Below are positions 1 to 14,328 of a DNA stretch of 64,000 bases, piece after piece (the first letter of the stretch is position 1; each line of letters begins with the position of its first letter). The notes beneath the pieces are model-generated. The model did no database searches, was not told where the DNA came from, and was given only the letters and a program-made list of their open reading frames with translations. Where the stretch lies: positions 27,592,001 to 27,656,000 of the forward strand of contig NC_045696.1 of NCBI RefSeq assembly GCF_009834535.1, in the 5' to 3' direction. The position numbers were made by a program, and so were the translations under genes. The stretch comes from Camelus ferus (lineage: Eukaryota).

Positions 1-924
1 GAAACTCTATTCTGATCACTGTGATCTGATCGAGCGGTGTATTCTCGAGTTTAGAGAATTCTGATCATTTGACGCTTATGAAATTTAGCCTCCCTAAAAT
101 GTCTCCTTGAGAATTTTGAGGGAACCTGAAAGTTATGCATTCTAGTAGTCCTGTGAATTGGGGCTTCTTTGACATTCAGAATTCTAGAGCAGTAATAATC
201 TCTTGAGTTGGTCTGATCCGATTTTTATCTTTCATAGGGCTAGTTATACGGACTCAGGAAATAATGAAATGCCCAGGGTCGCTGTAGGAATTCCATATAC
301 CACTTACCCAGATTAGGAGGAACAGTCAAGTTCTTAAAGAAACTACAAACCAGAACATTTCTTTCTCTTCCCCCTTACCAAGAAGCCTCCACTCAGACCA
401 AGCCTGAGATGCAAGCTGAAATTCCAGGTCGTCTGGTGAGAAGCGCCATCGTTACCATCACGTGTACAGTACACGCCCAGGCTGTGCTGCTTTATCCAAG
501 ATACTACCTGTCTGAGCGCAACAGCTAGTTTAGCCATTTTTATACAGAGTTACCAAATAATCTGTGCAATCTTTGATATCTAAATTGATGAACTGGTTGA
601 ATATTTCAATAATCTAATATTTGAATATTTTTCTAAGTTTGGATACATGAGAGAAATCCCATTTAGGAAGGTAACCTAAAGTAACTAATAAAGGGAGAAT
701 AAACTCACATCTGTTGGAACATCTACTGTGTTTTGAGAAGCCCTGTCTCTGTAGTGAACTTCGTTCAGTACCTACAGGAAAGTTTACTTTTTAAAAATGA
801 GCAACACAGTAGTACTTACTGATTCTAAGTGCCATATGTGACATCAACAAGTCACATGTAATCAGTCACATGTGGTGGGGTATAGATTTTTACATGCAAT
901 GGGAGCTCAAGGAAAAAGAGCTAA

Positions 925-1046
925 TTTAAGTTTAAAGTAGTAAAGGAAGAAGGGAAGATAGGAGAAAGAAAGAAAAGAAAGAAAGAAAGAGAAAGGAAGA
1001 AAGGGAGAGAGAGAAAGAGCAAAGGAAGGGAAGAAAAGAAAAAAAA
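925..1046 (+). repeat. Purine-rich (GAAA/GGAA/GA)n low-complexity tract
   Basis: About 100 bp almost entirely A/G, e.g. agaaagaaagaaaagaaagaaagaaagaaagagaaaggaag. Confidence 0.9.
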
Positions 1047-1599
1047 TGCTAGGTGGAATTTTAAAATATGTGTAACTTAATTCTTGTTCATGAAAGTTTA
1101 TCAGGATGCTTTCTTTCGAATGTACATAGGACACATTTTAACAGTATTATTTTTGTTTGTTTGCTTCTCTGCCTTTTAGAATGAGTAATTATGGGCCCCA
1201 AACCAGGAACCACAGGGATAAGAGATTTCCTGGGTTATCTGTCTTTAGTTACTTAAAGACTTAAGGCACTGTCAAAGATTTCAGTATAGGAAAACGTGGG
1301 ATAGAACTCCACTGGCTTCACCTAATCGTGTGTGCCAGTCTCACAGAATAAGGCTCATTAAAAAATAAAAACATGATACACTGGAGTTTGCTGTTGAATT
1401 ACTGGGGCTGTGCCAGGCTTTTAGCATCTCAGCGTCTTGGGGACACTGTAGATACTCAAGAGATTATATTGCTAAGTCCTTCTGGTAGAGCCTGGGACCT
1501 TGACTATTAACAACATGAGTCTCCTTAAGATTTAATCCTTCAATGTTAACAGACAAGTGATTTTTGAAGATGAAGGAAAGGATACTGGGAAGTAGCATC

Positions 1600-1790
1600 G
1601 ATTGAGGGCAATGTTTGGGGTCCTTCACAGATGTTATCTGATCTAATTCTCACCATGATCACGTGAGGTGGTATTATCATCCTAATTTAGAGAGAGGTTG
1701 AGAGAATAAATCATTAACTCAAAGTTGGGAGGTCTGGAAGCAATGAATCTTATATTTGAACCCAGCTTGTTTTGAATCAAAGTGTGTGGC
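1600..1790 (-). mobile_element. MIR SINE fragment
   Basis: ctaattctcacc...gtgaggtggtattatcatcctaattt...atttgaacccagc resembles the reverse-complement MIR core. Confidence 0.6.
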
Positions 1791-1859
1791 GGGGCGGTGG
1801 GGAGAGTTCCATGGTAGGACAGGCACTTTGGTTCAGAACAAGCTGGGTTCAAACATAAG

Positions 1860-2417
1860 CCTCTGCTCAAAACCCTCCAGTGGTTTCCCATCTTCCCTAA
1901 AGTGACAGCACACTCTTTCCAGATGTCTACAATGCCTCACATGAGCTTCCCTGACAGCATCTACCCCAGCCTCTTACACGCCCTTGCTCACGTCACTTCA
2001 CCACAACAGCCTCTAAGCTATTCCTAGGATGTTATCAGGCAGCCACCAGCCTCTGAGATTTTTCACTTGCTCTGACTGGAATACTTACCTCCATACATCA
2101 GCACACATACTCTCTTTCCTCTTTCAGATTTTAAAAATCAAACCTTTTGAGACCACCAACTTTAAAATTACATATATACACAATACTTTCCATACCTTTG
2201 TTTTTCTGGTTTTTTTTTTTTTTCCCTTCCAGGACATTTTTCTCCATCTAAGAAATCATATATTTCCTTATTTATTTTTATTGACTGACCCACTCCTCTT
2301 AGAATCTTACATGAGGTCAGAGATTCTTGACTGTTTTATTCACTCTTTTATTCCCATCATCCAAAACAGTGCCTGGTATCCTATAGGCAATCAAATGTTT
2401 GTTGAATGAATGAATGA
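1860..2417 (+). mobile_element. L2 LINE 3' end
   Basis: ctctgctcaaaaccctccagtggtttcccatc...cagtgcctggta...aatgtttgttgaatgaatgaatga, the typical L2 terminus with (TGAA)n tail. Confidence 0.85.
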
Positions 2418-2716
2418 GTCTTATTTCATTGTCTGTTAATGTATTTTTTGGAAAAATGCTTCCTAAATGAACCTATCTGTAGCTCTGAGAAATCTAAAGT
2501 TTTAAGAAATTGACTTTTCCTAGAACACTCCTTTAGTTAGTGCCTTACTCAAAACTAGAACCCAGTCCTCTAAATCTCTAGAGATTTCTTTCCACTAGAG
2601 CAGGTTAATCAGAAATTCTTGGTCAAGAGTCTCTACCTTTAGAATATTACTATCACTAGATATAGAGCTATGGTATAATATAATAAATATTATATTGCTA
2701 TGAATAAAAATAATAA

Positions 2717-2920
2717 CAGCTAACATTTACATAGCATTATGTGCCAGAGGTAGATTTAAGTATTTGATATATTCTAACTCATTTAAATCTTCAGAAACAC
2801 ATTATCAGATCAGTTACTCTTATTATCCTATTTTATACATGAGGATATGGTGGACATTCAGTTAATATGAGGCTGAACACAGATTTGAACCTTGGTTACC
2901 TGAATCTTACCCCCACACCA
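2717..2920 (-). mobile_element. MIR SINE
   Basis: agctaacatttacatagcattatgtgccag...ctcatttaaatcttca...ttattatcctattttatacatgagg...atttgaacc. Confidence 0.75.
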
Positions 2921-4778
2921 GACTGTGAAGTATAAATAAAAGTTGTTGACTAAAGTAATGTTATTCTTACAGATTTTGTCCTAGCTTGGGAAACCACTGA
3001 TGTGTAAGTTTTGTTTTGTTTGTGTAAAGATCTATTTTCATTTTAGGATAAGAAAGTAACTCTGAAGTATATGAATCTGTAGTTCCACTTCTGTATGGAA
3101 TTTAGATGTTTAAATAGTTTTTATTTTACTTCTAAAATGTTCAAAGGAGTTTTATGTTTCTCTTAACTTTAACAAGAAGGCTTGGAAAAATATGTAACAC
3201 AAGTTTGTTAAGACATTCAAAGTATAATGAAAAACATAAAAATGGATATATATTAATGTTTTATCATAGAATTTTGCTGTCTTTTGGTTTCTTATTTCCA
3301 GATATATCTGGAACCAAGCATACACTATTCTAACCACGAATTAAAATTCTCTTAAATTGGGATCATAGTTAACAGCTGCACAGCTGAATGACACAATCCA
3401 TAGGCTTACAATTTGAACACAAACTGACTACTTAGTAAGTAATTTACATTATGTTTAATTCTGCAGATGTGTTGTACAAAACTGTTTAATGTTTTTGGTT
3501 TTTTATCGCTTTTTAAAAAATCCATTCAAGAAATATTTAGAGGATTGAGGTACATATGTTAGGATTTATGTCTCATTTTGTACATTCGTTATATTTAGTC
3601 CCACCTGCTGCTTTGTTTATTCTGAATGATATTTTACCTAGGTTCTAACAGTTATTTTAATCAGTTCACTAAAGAAGCATTATGTTGATTTGAAAAACAT
3701 CTTGAAATTCTGTTAGAGTTCCCTGTTTAAGGTTTACTTTCTGGGCCAGTAAATAAAAAGTAGGCCAAATATTTAATGTTATAATAACGTTGGAAAAAGA
3801 GTATCCAAGTTTATCATAAATAATAATAATAATAACATTAATAATAAAAAATTCATTAAGTTGTAGTATTATACATCATATTGAAAGTTTTATGCTATTT
3901 ATTTTACAGACTTTTAATATATTTCTCTTATGGCTTATGGGAAAATGACTTCACATTTGAAAAGCTAAACTGGGGCTTTGGGATTTAATAGCTGCCTGGT
4001 GTCATTGAGAACTAGGATTCTAAATATGGAGATGCTCATTCTTGTGGATAAATACTGAAGCCATATCCTACAATTTTCTCTGAGAAACAAACTGCTGGTG
4101 AAAATTGACATCAAATGTTAACCTACTGTCTTAACAACAAGGATAATTATATATTTTCCCAAGAGTTTAATCACCTCCTCTCTAGCGTCCTGGCCACATT
4201 CCAAAAGAAATCATCCAATTCCATTATTCTAACTGAAAGTCTTTGTTGATTTGATCTAATCTCATCTTCTCAATTTCCTATCACTACATACTACTTTAAA
4301 GCTGCTTTATTACACCTAGAAGGTAGAATTTCCCTGGTACAGTACCTATCTTGTCGCATTTATGTATCATATGAGTGTCTTTGAAACAAAGCAGATGTAT
4401 GCTGAAGTCAGTTAAACGACTTTACAAAAAAAATCATACAAAAATTATTCTATTTATTCAAAGATTTCTAAACCTTACTTTTCACTTACATGTTTCAACT
4501 ACAAAGTAAAAAAAAAAAAAGTTTTACTACTTTAGCATGTTGATGTTTTGCCACAAATATTTTTTGAGTACATACTAAAAATAATATGGTTTACATCCCT
4601 ATATTCAGATATAGGGAACTCAGAACTCAGCTAACTGGTTCTAATGAGATTGTATTTGTTTTTCTTCAAAATATAGGGGGAGTATATTTTTAGAATATTT
4701 AGAATATACAACACCCCCCAAACTTACAGTAATTCTCTCAAATATAATCACATATGCCATCATCATTTTATTGTATAG

Positions 4779-4802
4779 TTTGCTTGCTTGCTTGCTTGCT
4801 TT
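4779..4802 (+). repeat. (TTGC)n microsatellite
   Basis: ttgcttgcttgcttgcttgctt. Confidence 0.85.
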
Positions 4803-6199
4803 TTTTTGCTTTGTGTAGGCTTTTATTCTTACAATATGGAATACTCTAAAACTGCTACATATCCTGCATTTTTACTCAACATTATGTCACAAAAATTTCT
4901 TCTGTCATAAAATATTCTTCAGCATCATCATTAAAGGAATGAAGTAAAATTCCATCATATGAGTATACTAAAATATACGTAACTAAGCTCTGATGGTTAG
5001 ATATTTAAGTTACTTCCAATTATCACTAAGGTGCCTAGAATCTGATTTTTTAAAATCATATTAGGGTGTTGTCTTGCTAAATTATTAATAAATTTCATTT
5101 TAAAAACAGATATTGTATTGAAGTAATATACACATCCCACATTTTAAGTGACTCAATTGTTTGGAGTTACCATGCAGATTATTCAAATTGTCTTATAATC
5201 AACATACATCAAGTTAAACATCACAGACAACAATGAAGAACTATTAGATAATTCTTAACAACTGAGATTTTCACTTTTTTCCAATAGGATTATTTTGTTT
5301 GTTCAAGGGGTGCTTTTTGTTTTCACTATAACCGATTAAAATGAAAATGTTTGTATTTCACAAGTATGCTTGAATTTCACAGGTCTTGTACTTCACACCA
5401 GAAAGTAAACTCTTTTCTTTTAGCAAGGGCGATAAATCAAGTCATAACGTTTTTCTAAACAATTACCTTTGGGAAAAGTATGAAATCAAGCACAGTTCAT
5501 TATTTTGCTAATTTCTCTTGCAGCTGGGAGTGCATATTGTTTAACACTTGGCTATCAGAATTATTGACAGTGACCATAATGCAACCATACTTAAATGTAC
5601 TAGTCTAAATAGGAGCCAACTTAGATTTGTAATGTGCATTCTACTTTATCCAAATCATATTATTTTGGGTAACATCACCTATTTCTTGAAATTCCTCTAA
5701 ATTCCATATGTGGCTTATTATGCACTAAGAGTTTGAAAAGTTAACTACCTTCTTTTGCCTGCCAAAATATGAACTATAAAGTTAAAATAATTAAAGAAAA
5801 GACATCAATTCTCATTTTGGATGCCTAATCGATTGAGGACATAATGTCATTATTTCTTGAGGGTAGTAATTTCAATCACTTAAAAAATCAGATCTTTATC
5901 TGGCAAATCCATCTATTTTAAATAATTGTGATTTTTGTCAGTTCTGTTTAACTCATACAGAAATATACAGAACACTTGGCAAAGTCTAATAAACCAGATT
6001 ATCCACTATACTAAATTTTTCTGATCTTGCTCTCTTCAAAATTTTACAACAATAAGAATACTTGAAAAGGTGATAATGCATATAGAGATGTTTCTTTAGA
6101 CATGTTTACACATTCTAGAACATCATTAAATATGTTTTCCAGGTGGAAACTATGTGATTAAAGGACCAGAATACAGTCTGAAGAGCTTGCGTTTTAGCC

Positions 6200-6520
6200 C
6201 TGACTCCCCCTGGTTACCTCCTCCTTTAAGTCTCAGATGAAAGTATCTTCCCCAGGAAAGCTGTCCCAGACCTCCCATTTCCCATCTTCCCCAATAGGTC
6301 AAATGCCTGTGTAAAATGCTTGAAGAAACTTCGGCTATTTCTCCATAGCACTGACCACACATAATTGCTGTGAATGTATCTTTTAAGTTTGCCTCTTCTG
6401 CAAATCTTATCAACTCCACAGCGGCAGAAGTGAATTCTGACTTGTTCAACAATGGTATTTTAGTTCCTATCAAAGTGACACTGAGCACAACTTTGGTGCT
6501 TACACTTTTGTGTAGTATAC
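6200..6520 (+). mobile_element. L2 fragment
   Basis: tttaagtctcagatgaaagtatcttccccaggaaagctgtcccagac...ccatagcactgaccacac, degenerate L2 3' region. Confidence 0.6.
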
Positions 6521-6677
6521 TAGGTTTTGAGAAATACCCAGCTAGACTAAGAGGAGGAATGAAAAGAAAGTCTAAATGCAGATATCTGGGCGCCCATTCA
6601 CGCCTTTCGCATTTAATCTATCCAGTTCCGAAAGGAAATGGGCAATTACTAGGAGGTTGTCTCTATTTTGGTGTGAG

Positions 6678-6927
6678 AACGTCTCCAAACTGAGAAGTTG
6701 GAGGCCGTTTCATCCTCTTCCCCTGACTCAGAGGATATTTGGCAATGTTTAGAGACATCTGTGGTTGTCACAACTAATTGGAGGAGGGAAAAAGGTACTA
6801 CTGGCATCTAGTGAGTAAACACAAAGGATGCCATGTAACATCTAACATTATACACAACAGCCCTCTGACTCAAAGCAAAGAATAATCTGGCCCAAAATGT
6901 CAACAGTGTCAAGTTTGAGAAACACTG
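6678..6927 (+). mobile_element. MER20 (hAT-Charlie) DNA transposon
   Basis: atttggcaatgtttagagacat...ggttgtcacaact...tactactggcatctagtg...ggcccaaaatgtcaacagtgtcaagtttgagaaacactg matches the recalled MER20 consensus. Confidence 0.85.
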
Positions 6928-7689
6928 CTCTAATCTAACTTTAACACCTTTTGAGAGAATTTTTTTTCTTGTGAGGATTAGATAAATTAGTGGAAATGTA
7001 TCTTATTAATGGGGTACGGTTAGGTTTTAAAGTTATTACACAAGGTATGCTGTATACCTTACTTTGTAGGAAAATATCATAAATATTATAAAATTCTATG
7101 CAAAATAGACCAAAGCATTACTCAATGCTTACATATCTTAAAAAGGAAATTTAATTACATTCTTCTAATACACTGAAATCTCGAGCTTCTATAAAAGAGG
7201 CATATTTTTTCAATAATGTGTTATTTCTTCCATGCATACTTGGAATTAATGAAGTAAAAAAGATGACATGGAACGGTAAGACAAAATGTAAGTCTTGAAT
7301 TGATGTGGACTTGACCAGATATGAGTTGTTGAGAAATGATCAGAAAACATCTATGGTGATTGTTTCTAAACGCTACAAAACTTGCAATGGGCACCAATGG
7401 GCTTTTGTGTAGACAAGGCTTTGAGTGAGCATATAGTAAGAGTTATCCGTTGATATATTTCAAAGCATCTAAATATACTTTTATTTATATGTCTTTAGTA
7501 AAAAAAATAGGTATATAACATATTTATATTACTCATCTTCCAGTGAACTACAAGATAACGGAAAGTCTGAGGCAAACGCAAAGCTGACAGCATTTAGCGC
7601 TTATTTAAACTTTGCTCTTAGGAGCAGGAAAAGTGATAGAGTTTGGTGCATACTTAGAATGAGGAGGCACAATATTTGTTTTTAAAATG

Positions 7690-7885
7690 CATAGAGATCT
7701 CTACCACTGACTAGCTAGGTGACCATGGACACATCTCCTAACATCTTTAAGACCTCTTTCCTTTTGTATTAGTAAAATGAAAAATAGTTCTTACCTTATA
7801 GGAGGGTTGCAAGGATTGAAACAGATATGAAAAAAGTGCTTAGCATAGAGCTTGGAATACAGTGAGCAATTATTTAATATCAGTT
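7690..7885 (+). mobile_element. MIR SINE
   Basis: accactgactagctaggtgacc...gtaaaatg...taccttataggagggttgcaaggatt...aaagtgcttagcatagagcttgg. Confidence 0.75.
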
Positions 7886-9261
7886 AATAAATATTGTTAT
7901 GATTTCATTGTGAAAAAGAGAGCATTATTGTGGGAACCTCAGGATTAAGTTTATAGCTAGTAATTGAAAACTGCATTTTTTTTTTTTTTTACTAATAAAG
8001 CAAAGAATATAAGGGTTGTTGCTCACCAGATTGTTCAGAAAGCCCTAAATACAGTTTAAAAGACATCTACATACAATAAACTTCTAAAATAACTCAAATT
8101 TGATTTTACTAAGGGAGTTTGAAATTAATATAGTATATAGAAACCAGTATTCAGAAACCAGTATTCCTAAATAATAGCACATTAGTGGTGACCTATTTTT
8201 GAATAGCCCAACTGGGTACATGCTAAAATTAATGTCACCATGGCATATTTGCTATGTGATGGTCCAATGGTGCTCAGATATTATTTATGTAATATCCTCA
8301 AAGTATACCTCCTCTTAAATGCTATGAGAATAGAAAGTATGATTTTAAAAGCAACCAAGGAAATTCGGAATTTAAAAGATGTACATTTTATCCCTCCAAC
8401 AAAATGATAACATCTGTTTAGAATAATATTTCAACACAAGTTCAAAAATATACAACCTGGCTTATAAAGGGGGCAAAGCCAAGAGAATAAAGAGAAAAGT
8501 ATTCAGTGTCTATATTTAAGTGTCATGAAATAAACTTTCTAATGCTTATCTATTTGTGGGTAGGTGAGACTTAATGGTTGGAAACAATACTTTCTAGAAT
8601 CAAAAATCAGTTATTAAATGCTGGGAGGTCCAGAGATATTTTTCCTGACATTACGATAGTGATATGTACTGAATAAATTAACTTTCTAATACACAGTAAG
8701 GAGCACAAAAAAACTCTTCAGAACCGATTTAACCTTGAGAGAAAATATTACTTTGTATTTAAATTAGATTTTTATCAAGATTTTCCTTACATTGCATATT
8801 ATGCAAACAATCCTCACCCACTCTTTGAGAAGTGATTTCATTAGTCCATCATAAAATTATTTTGAAACAATTTAATTATTGTTTAATTATCTAAATTAAT
8901 AATTATTTAATAATTATTTAATTAATTAATTATATAATAACTTAATAAGCTGAGCTTAAAACCTGAAGCTTAGTATAAGTACTGGGCAACAATTTATTTG
9001 AAAAACATAAATGGATGAGAGGCATTCTTTTAATATAAAAATAATTCTCTTCCTATCCTGCGCCTATGAAATGGGTAAAAGAATTTCCTGACAGAATGTC
9101 TTTACAAATACTGGGACTTTGTAGTTTTTGAAATTCCCTTCAAAGACTAGATAACATTTTCCATTAAGATATTTTATATTTCATGCATGTTCCCTTGGAT
9201 TAAATTTGGATTGTAAATTCCCTATATAGTAAATTATCAAAAACATAATTCAGAACTCAAA

Positions 9262-9306
9262 ACACCCACACCCACACCTACATCCACACCCACACCTATA
9301 TCCACA
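9262..9306 (+). repeat. (CACACC)n-like simple repeat
   Basis: cacccacacccacacctacatccacacccacacctatatccaca. Confidence 0.8.
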
Positions 9307-9422
9307 TTTTGGTGAAATAGAAGTTTGCAATAGGTCTCTTTATTTTGTCTTTGTCCATAAAGGAAAATACCTTCTTCTATGTAGTGTTTTAATTGGCTGA
9401 GGGTGTTTAGTACACAATGCTC

Positions 9423-9442
9423 TATTGCCCTCTGCTGGCTAG
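9423..9442 (-). promoter_or_regulatory. CTCF core motif
   Basis: Minus strand reads AGCCAGCAGAGGGCAATA, matching CCASYAGRKGGCR. Confidence 0.6.
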
Positions 9443-11059
9443 AAATTGATAAATAAAGACTTCCGTCTGCTCCTTATCTACATGGGGGTCTTAGAAAACT
9501 ATGGAAAATAAAGCCACAGTCCAAAATAATAAAACAATATGTTAGAGTGGCACAATTTAAAAACTAGTTTTATAAAACATTCTTTGCATGTTTTCATGAC
9601 TCCCTAAATTTTGCTTGCTTTTAATTAGTTTCCTTAATAGGTGAATAATTTGTTATTTGCTATAACCTTAAACACTCTCATTAATTAAAAAAGACATTCT
9701 ATTTCATTATTTTAAGTGATAATTGCAAGACTTATATTTGTCTAGGAATTTGGGGATTTACCAATAAGATATGCATAATGCTCTAATTGTTGACACATTT
9801 GTGGAATACTTTTATAGTGATATTATGATGTAGCTAAGTATGATTTTATCTTTAAAAAAATTTTTATCTAGTTGAAAAAATATTTGCAACATAATTTTAG
9901 TAAAAGTATAAAAAATTGCTGGATATTAGAGTTCTTCTTTACTAATTATACAACTGACTTATCTTGCACATTTCATTTTCTTTTAAAGCATTTTTTTATA
10001 TGCTGTTCACATCTCACTAAGGAAAAACTAACATTGGTGTATAATGGCGCATAAATTCTTTAATAAAAATAACAGTGACAGGACCCCAAGGAACATAAAA
10101 TGCATAGACTGATGAATTTACCTGGTTTCATTTTAGCACTGCACGCTGCTTTAATGCTTGCTTACATTTAGTTCAAAAACGTTTCTAAAGAGTAACCTTA
10201 CCATCCATGGCAGAAGATGTAGATTTTATTATTAAGAGGAACTTGCTGCTTTTTCTAAAATATACTTGGGTTAAAAGTTTAAAACAAAGCTGTCACTGTT
10301 TTTTCAAAAATTTGGCTGGTATTTTGAATCTGGGATTTATTTTATATTTTCAATAGTTTCTCTCAGCTACAATATAAGTTGAAATAATCTGGTTTTCATT
10401 TCTCTGAGTATATTTCCTTGGAACATTTCTGAAACTTGGGTCATGGTTCTTTGAAATAGGCTTTATTCCATGAGCTCTGTCTTCCTATTTTATCCTCAGA
10501 ACCAGTGTCTATTATGAATCAAGAGGATAATTTCCCCCATAGTTTCCCTGCCAAAACAACTGTCAATCCTTTTAAATTTTTCTGGAGCAAATGGTATTTT
10601 ATAACTTTAACTATCTCTGTTCCAGAATTTAGTGATAGATGAATTAGATGAATTTTCACATCTCAAAATTTCCAGGAACACATTTTCAGCTCAGTCTGAA
10701 AGTAACTTGAAGTCTGGTTCCCCATAAACTGAAAGAAAAAAGTTTTATCCTAGAAAATAAAATTACAACAATAGGACGAAAAGTAAGTTTTTTACTTTCC
10801 AAAGCATGAGAGATTTAAAAAAAAAATGCACTTAGTTTTTCACATTGAATCCTCATAAAAACATTAGAAAGAATTTTTTTGTTTAATTTCCATCTTAAGA
10901 CTCAGGAACAGAGAAAAACGAGATTCAGAGAGATATAAGACTTGTCCCAATTCACACAGCATGGTCTATGCATCAAAAGCCAGGTAGGTCTGCCTAACTC
11001 AGAGTCCAAGGTCTTTTTATGACATGTCACTGCCTCTAGGAGGGGGAAAACAAAGCTGG

Positions 11060-11770
11060 GAGTCCATTTGTATCAGGGTCTTAAAATGATCATGCCCTTG
11101 ATCTAGTAATTCCAACTCTGGAAAGCTAAGGAGATATTACATATATAAAGATGTCATGACAGCATTAATTAAAACAATGCAGGAATAAGAAAAAAAAACT
11201 AGAGAACGGTTACATTTCTAATAAAAATAGGTCAACTATATATGTCATCTACTAAAGTATTACAGTCATTAAAAATAATAGGTTTTAAGTTACTTAGAAA
11301 GTTATGAGCTGCATAGGATAAAATTGGCAAACCAAATGTTATATATTATGTAATTATATTGGAAAAGACAGGTTTATAGGTACTGACAGAGAAAAATGTT
11401 GTTGGGTGAAAAAAGTTAGTTATGAAACAATAATACATATTTTATAATAACATATTTTGAAAAAAATACCCTAGCCCATGTCAAAAACAATTGTGTAGTG
11501 TATGTCAACCTGTTGATCTCGGGGACAAAAACAGTATCAATTTGAAAGTATATATTTTTATACTATTTAAATTTTATAACAAGTGTTATTTTTAAGATTA
11601 TAAAAATAATAAAGATATAATATTTACAGTACGATTATAGCAATGTTGAAATACACCAAAATAATAACAGTTGATATTTTAGGGTGAGGAGTATATATTT
11701 ATGCTTTGTTTTTAAAATTTAAAATGTTTTCAACATGTTTATATCTGTTGCATTGAAAAAATATAAAATC
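11060..11770 (+). mobile_element. Old L1 (L1ME-like) 3' region, highly degenerate
   Basis: tcttaaaatgatcatgcccttgatctagtaattccaactctgg (ORF2 C-terminal region) followed by AT-rich 3'UTR-like sequence. Confidence 0.55.
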
Positions 11771-14328
11771 AGCATTATTAAAATAATTTGTTTCTAACTG
11801 TTGTCGTGTTTCTTCTTTACATTTCTCTATCTTGTGGATTTTTGTGAGAAATATTGTTTTATTTTGCTGTTCTTAAAGTAGTTAGCAGATTGTCATGGTA
11901 AATAACGGCCTCAGGTAGGTGTTTTGTTCTTATAGAACTCATTTACTTAGTTAATTTCTTTGAAAATGTTCAAATTGAAAGCCAACGTGACTGACTTATT
12001 GCTGACGTCCATTAAGGAATAAGAAGAAAAACATCACTGTAGTATTCTATTAATTCAAAATTCATCAATTCTCTAAAAGAGCAACCTGAAATTTAACTTC
12101 TATTAAACAACTTGAACAGTACAAACAAAACTGCCATGATCATTGATGCATTTTACTAAGGGACCTCATAGTTTTCAAGCATCTCAAGTCCTTAAAAGAC
12201 ACCTACTTACTTATAAATTAATAGATAAATTTTCAAACATATCTTGCATGTATTTTTAAAAACAACTCCTTTAAAATTGATGAGGCAATATCTTCTTTCC
12301 CTGGTGATACCAGCATAATATTTATAAATTGTGACTAATTTTGACTTGGGTTACCAAATTAATCTAAACTAATGAGAATTTCATATAAGAACCAGAACAT
12401 ATTACTACCAAAGTTGATCTCTTCATGTTACTAACTTTTAAATGTTAATGAAAAATAAAAGTCTTTTTTTCTCTCCTCTTTCTTTCTCTCATTACAAACA
12501 CATAAATAATCATCTGTATAATTAATATATTTTGGGTTTTATTTGGGTGTTACCTTGAATAAAAAACATTGTGGATGTGAATTTATTAATCTTTTCCTTT
12601 CTACTTGACACCCACTCCTCTTGATTCTCTTTGGCAGAAAGCATTAAACATTAACTTGCTTTAATTTCAACATCATGTCAGAGTGGGTTGAATGTATATT
12701 GCCTTTCATGTATAAACACCTTTTAAATATTATACTCAAAGAAATACTTTGCTTTTGGAAGGCATCTTTGTGCAGATGAGTAAAGTAAGTGTATTTCTTA
12801 AGTTCTAAACTCCTACAGTAGATGGTCTTGGACACATTAAGGAAAAAAAGCCTTAAAAAGTTAAAAACATTTATGACAAAAATATTAATCAAATAATGAT
12901 GTCAATATGCTATTAAAGAATACAAGTGTAACAAAATTATCAGTTTCCTTTATTCTTCAATTCTGAAAAAGAGTGACATTAACTAGGAGTTTTATAATAG
13001 CCCAAAGGAAAAAAGGTCTCTGTGTGCCTCAAATTTGGTATTTTAAGTTGAAGTCAGCTGTTAAGAATTACTGAATTATCCAGGGCAGAATCTTGGGCAT
13101 GGCTCATGTTACAGTAAGTTGGATATGAAAAGTTGAACACAAGAGGGGTGAAAACTTTTCAGTGATTAAAAAGGCCTGTGGGATTGAGTTTTCAGATTCC
13201 AGAGCAGCACATCAAGAGGAATGTTGCAGATTCTTGAGTTCTTGCAGCAAATTGTCTGTAAATCGATGAAGTGTTTCTGAAGAAACATATCAAGATGGCT
13301 CTAAAGAGTGTATAAAGTTTCTTTCAATTCTCTTGGGAATGAAAATTAAATTTGATGGGTGAAACAAATACATAACAAAGCTAAGAAATTGAATGTATCT
13401 AGATTTCAATCAGACCTGAAAGTAGGATGGATATAGTTGGCTATTTCACTTATTTTCTCCTTTAATATTTTTTGAAAAAACATTCATTAATGCTTTCAAA
13501 ATTAATGTTAATTAACCTGTATTGTGTCTATTAAGTATTTTAAACATTCTATAGAATACAGTGACACCCCCAGGTGTTTCACTGTATGAATATTGTGCAA
13601 CTTCTTCAGCTCTGTTAATCTAAATTTCAATCATTTCTCTTCCATTTCATAGTGATTCTCTTCTGAATCAGTCTTCTTTATAAATGCAACTGACATCTAG
13701 TTGAACTTGATCAGTTAACAGATAAGTGAAGATGTATAGGTATTGTTGATCTAAACATGTAACCCCAACATCAGTATTATAAAAGGATTCCATTGTTTAC
13801 TCAAACAAAATATTCTTTTTTGTACCAGAAGGAATACACTTTGATAAAATTTGCCACAGAATTTCCATATATTGTAAAGTGATTTTATATTTACCAAGAA
13901 AATTCTTTAAAATCTATGCTACTAGATATAGGCTGTTTTTAATGTGTGTAAATGTGTGAGGATGTGTGTATGTGTGCATTTAACTTCAAGAAAAATAAAC
14001 ATCTGGAGTAAAACATGTCTTAATTTTTTGGTAAAAGATATCAGAGAAGTTTGGAATTTATTCAAAGTAAATTGGAAGTATATATTTTCACTTTTTATTT
14101 TGTTAGAATTTAACCTAGGAATTTATGAATGGGAACTGAACATTTTTACACGTGTTCTTTGTGATATTTAACTGTCTCTTCAATGTTTTATTTCTTATCA
14201 GGTAAAGAGTAATAGTTCTTTTAAAAACAATTCTTTGGGAAAATAAAAGTAGTTATAAGTTCAATTATCTCTCTATTGTCCCTTCATTATGATCTGAGAA
14301 AGATTTTTTTTTTTTTGAAGTTAGGTCA

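Noticed and set aside
1..530. Slightly elevated CpG count at the window start
   Set aside because: GC and CpG density are too low for a CpG island and no promoter architecture is visible.
8870..8948. Almost pure A/T self-complementary tract
   Set aside because: Ordinary low-complexity sequence.
12638..12784. Acceptor (ctctttggcag) and donor (gtaagt) pair on the plus strand
   Set aside because: Stops in all three frames; at most a non-coding exon, which sequence alone cannot support.
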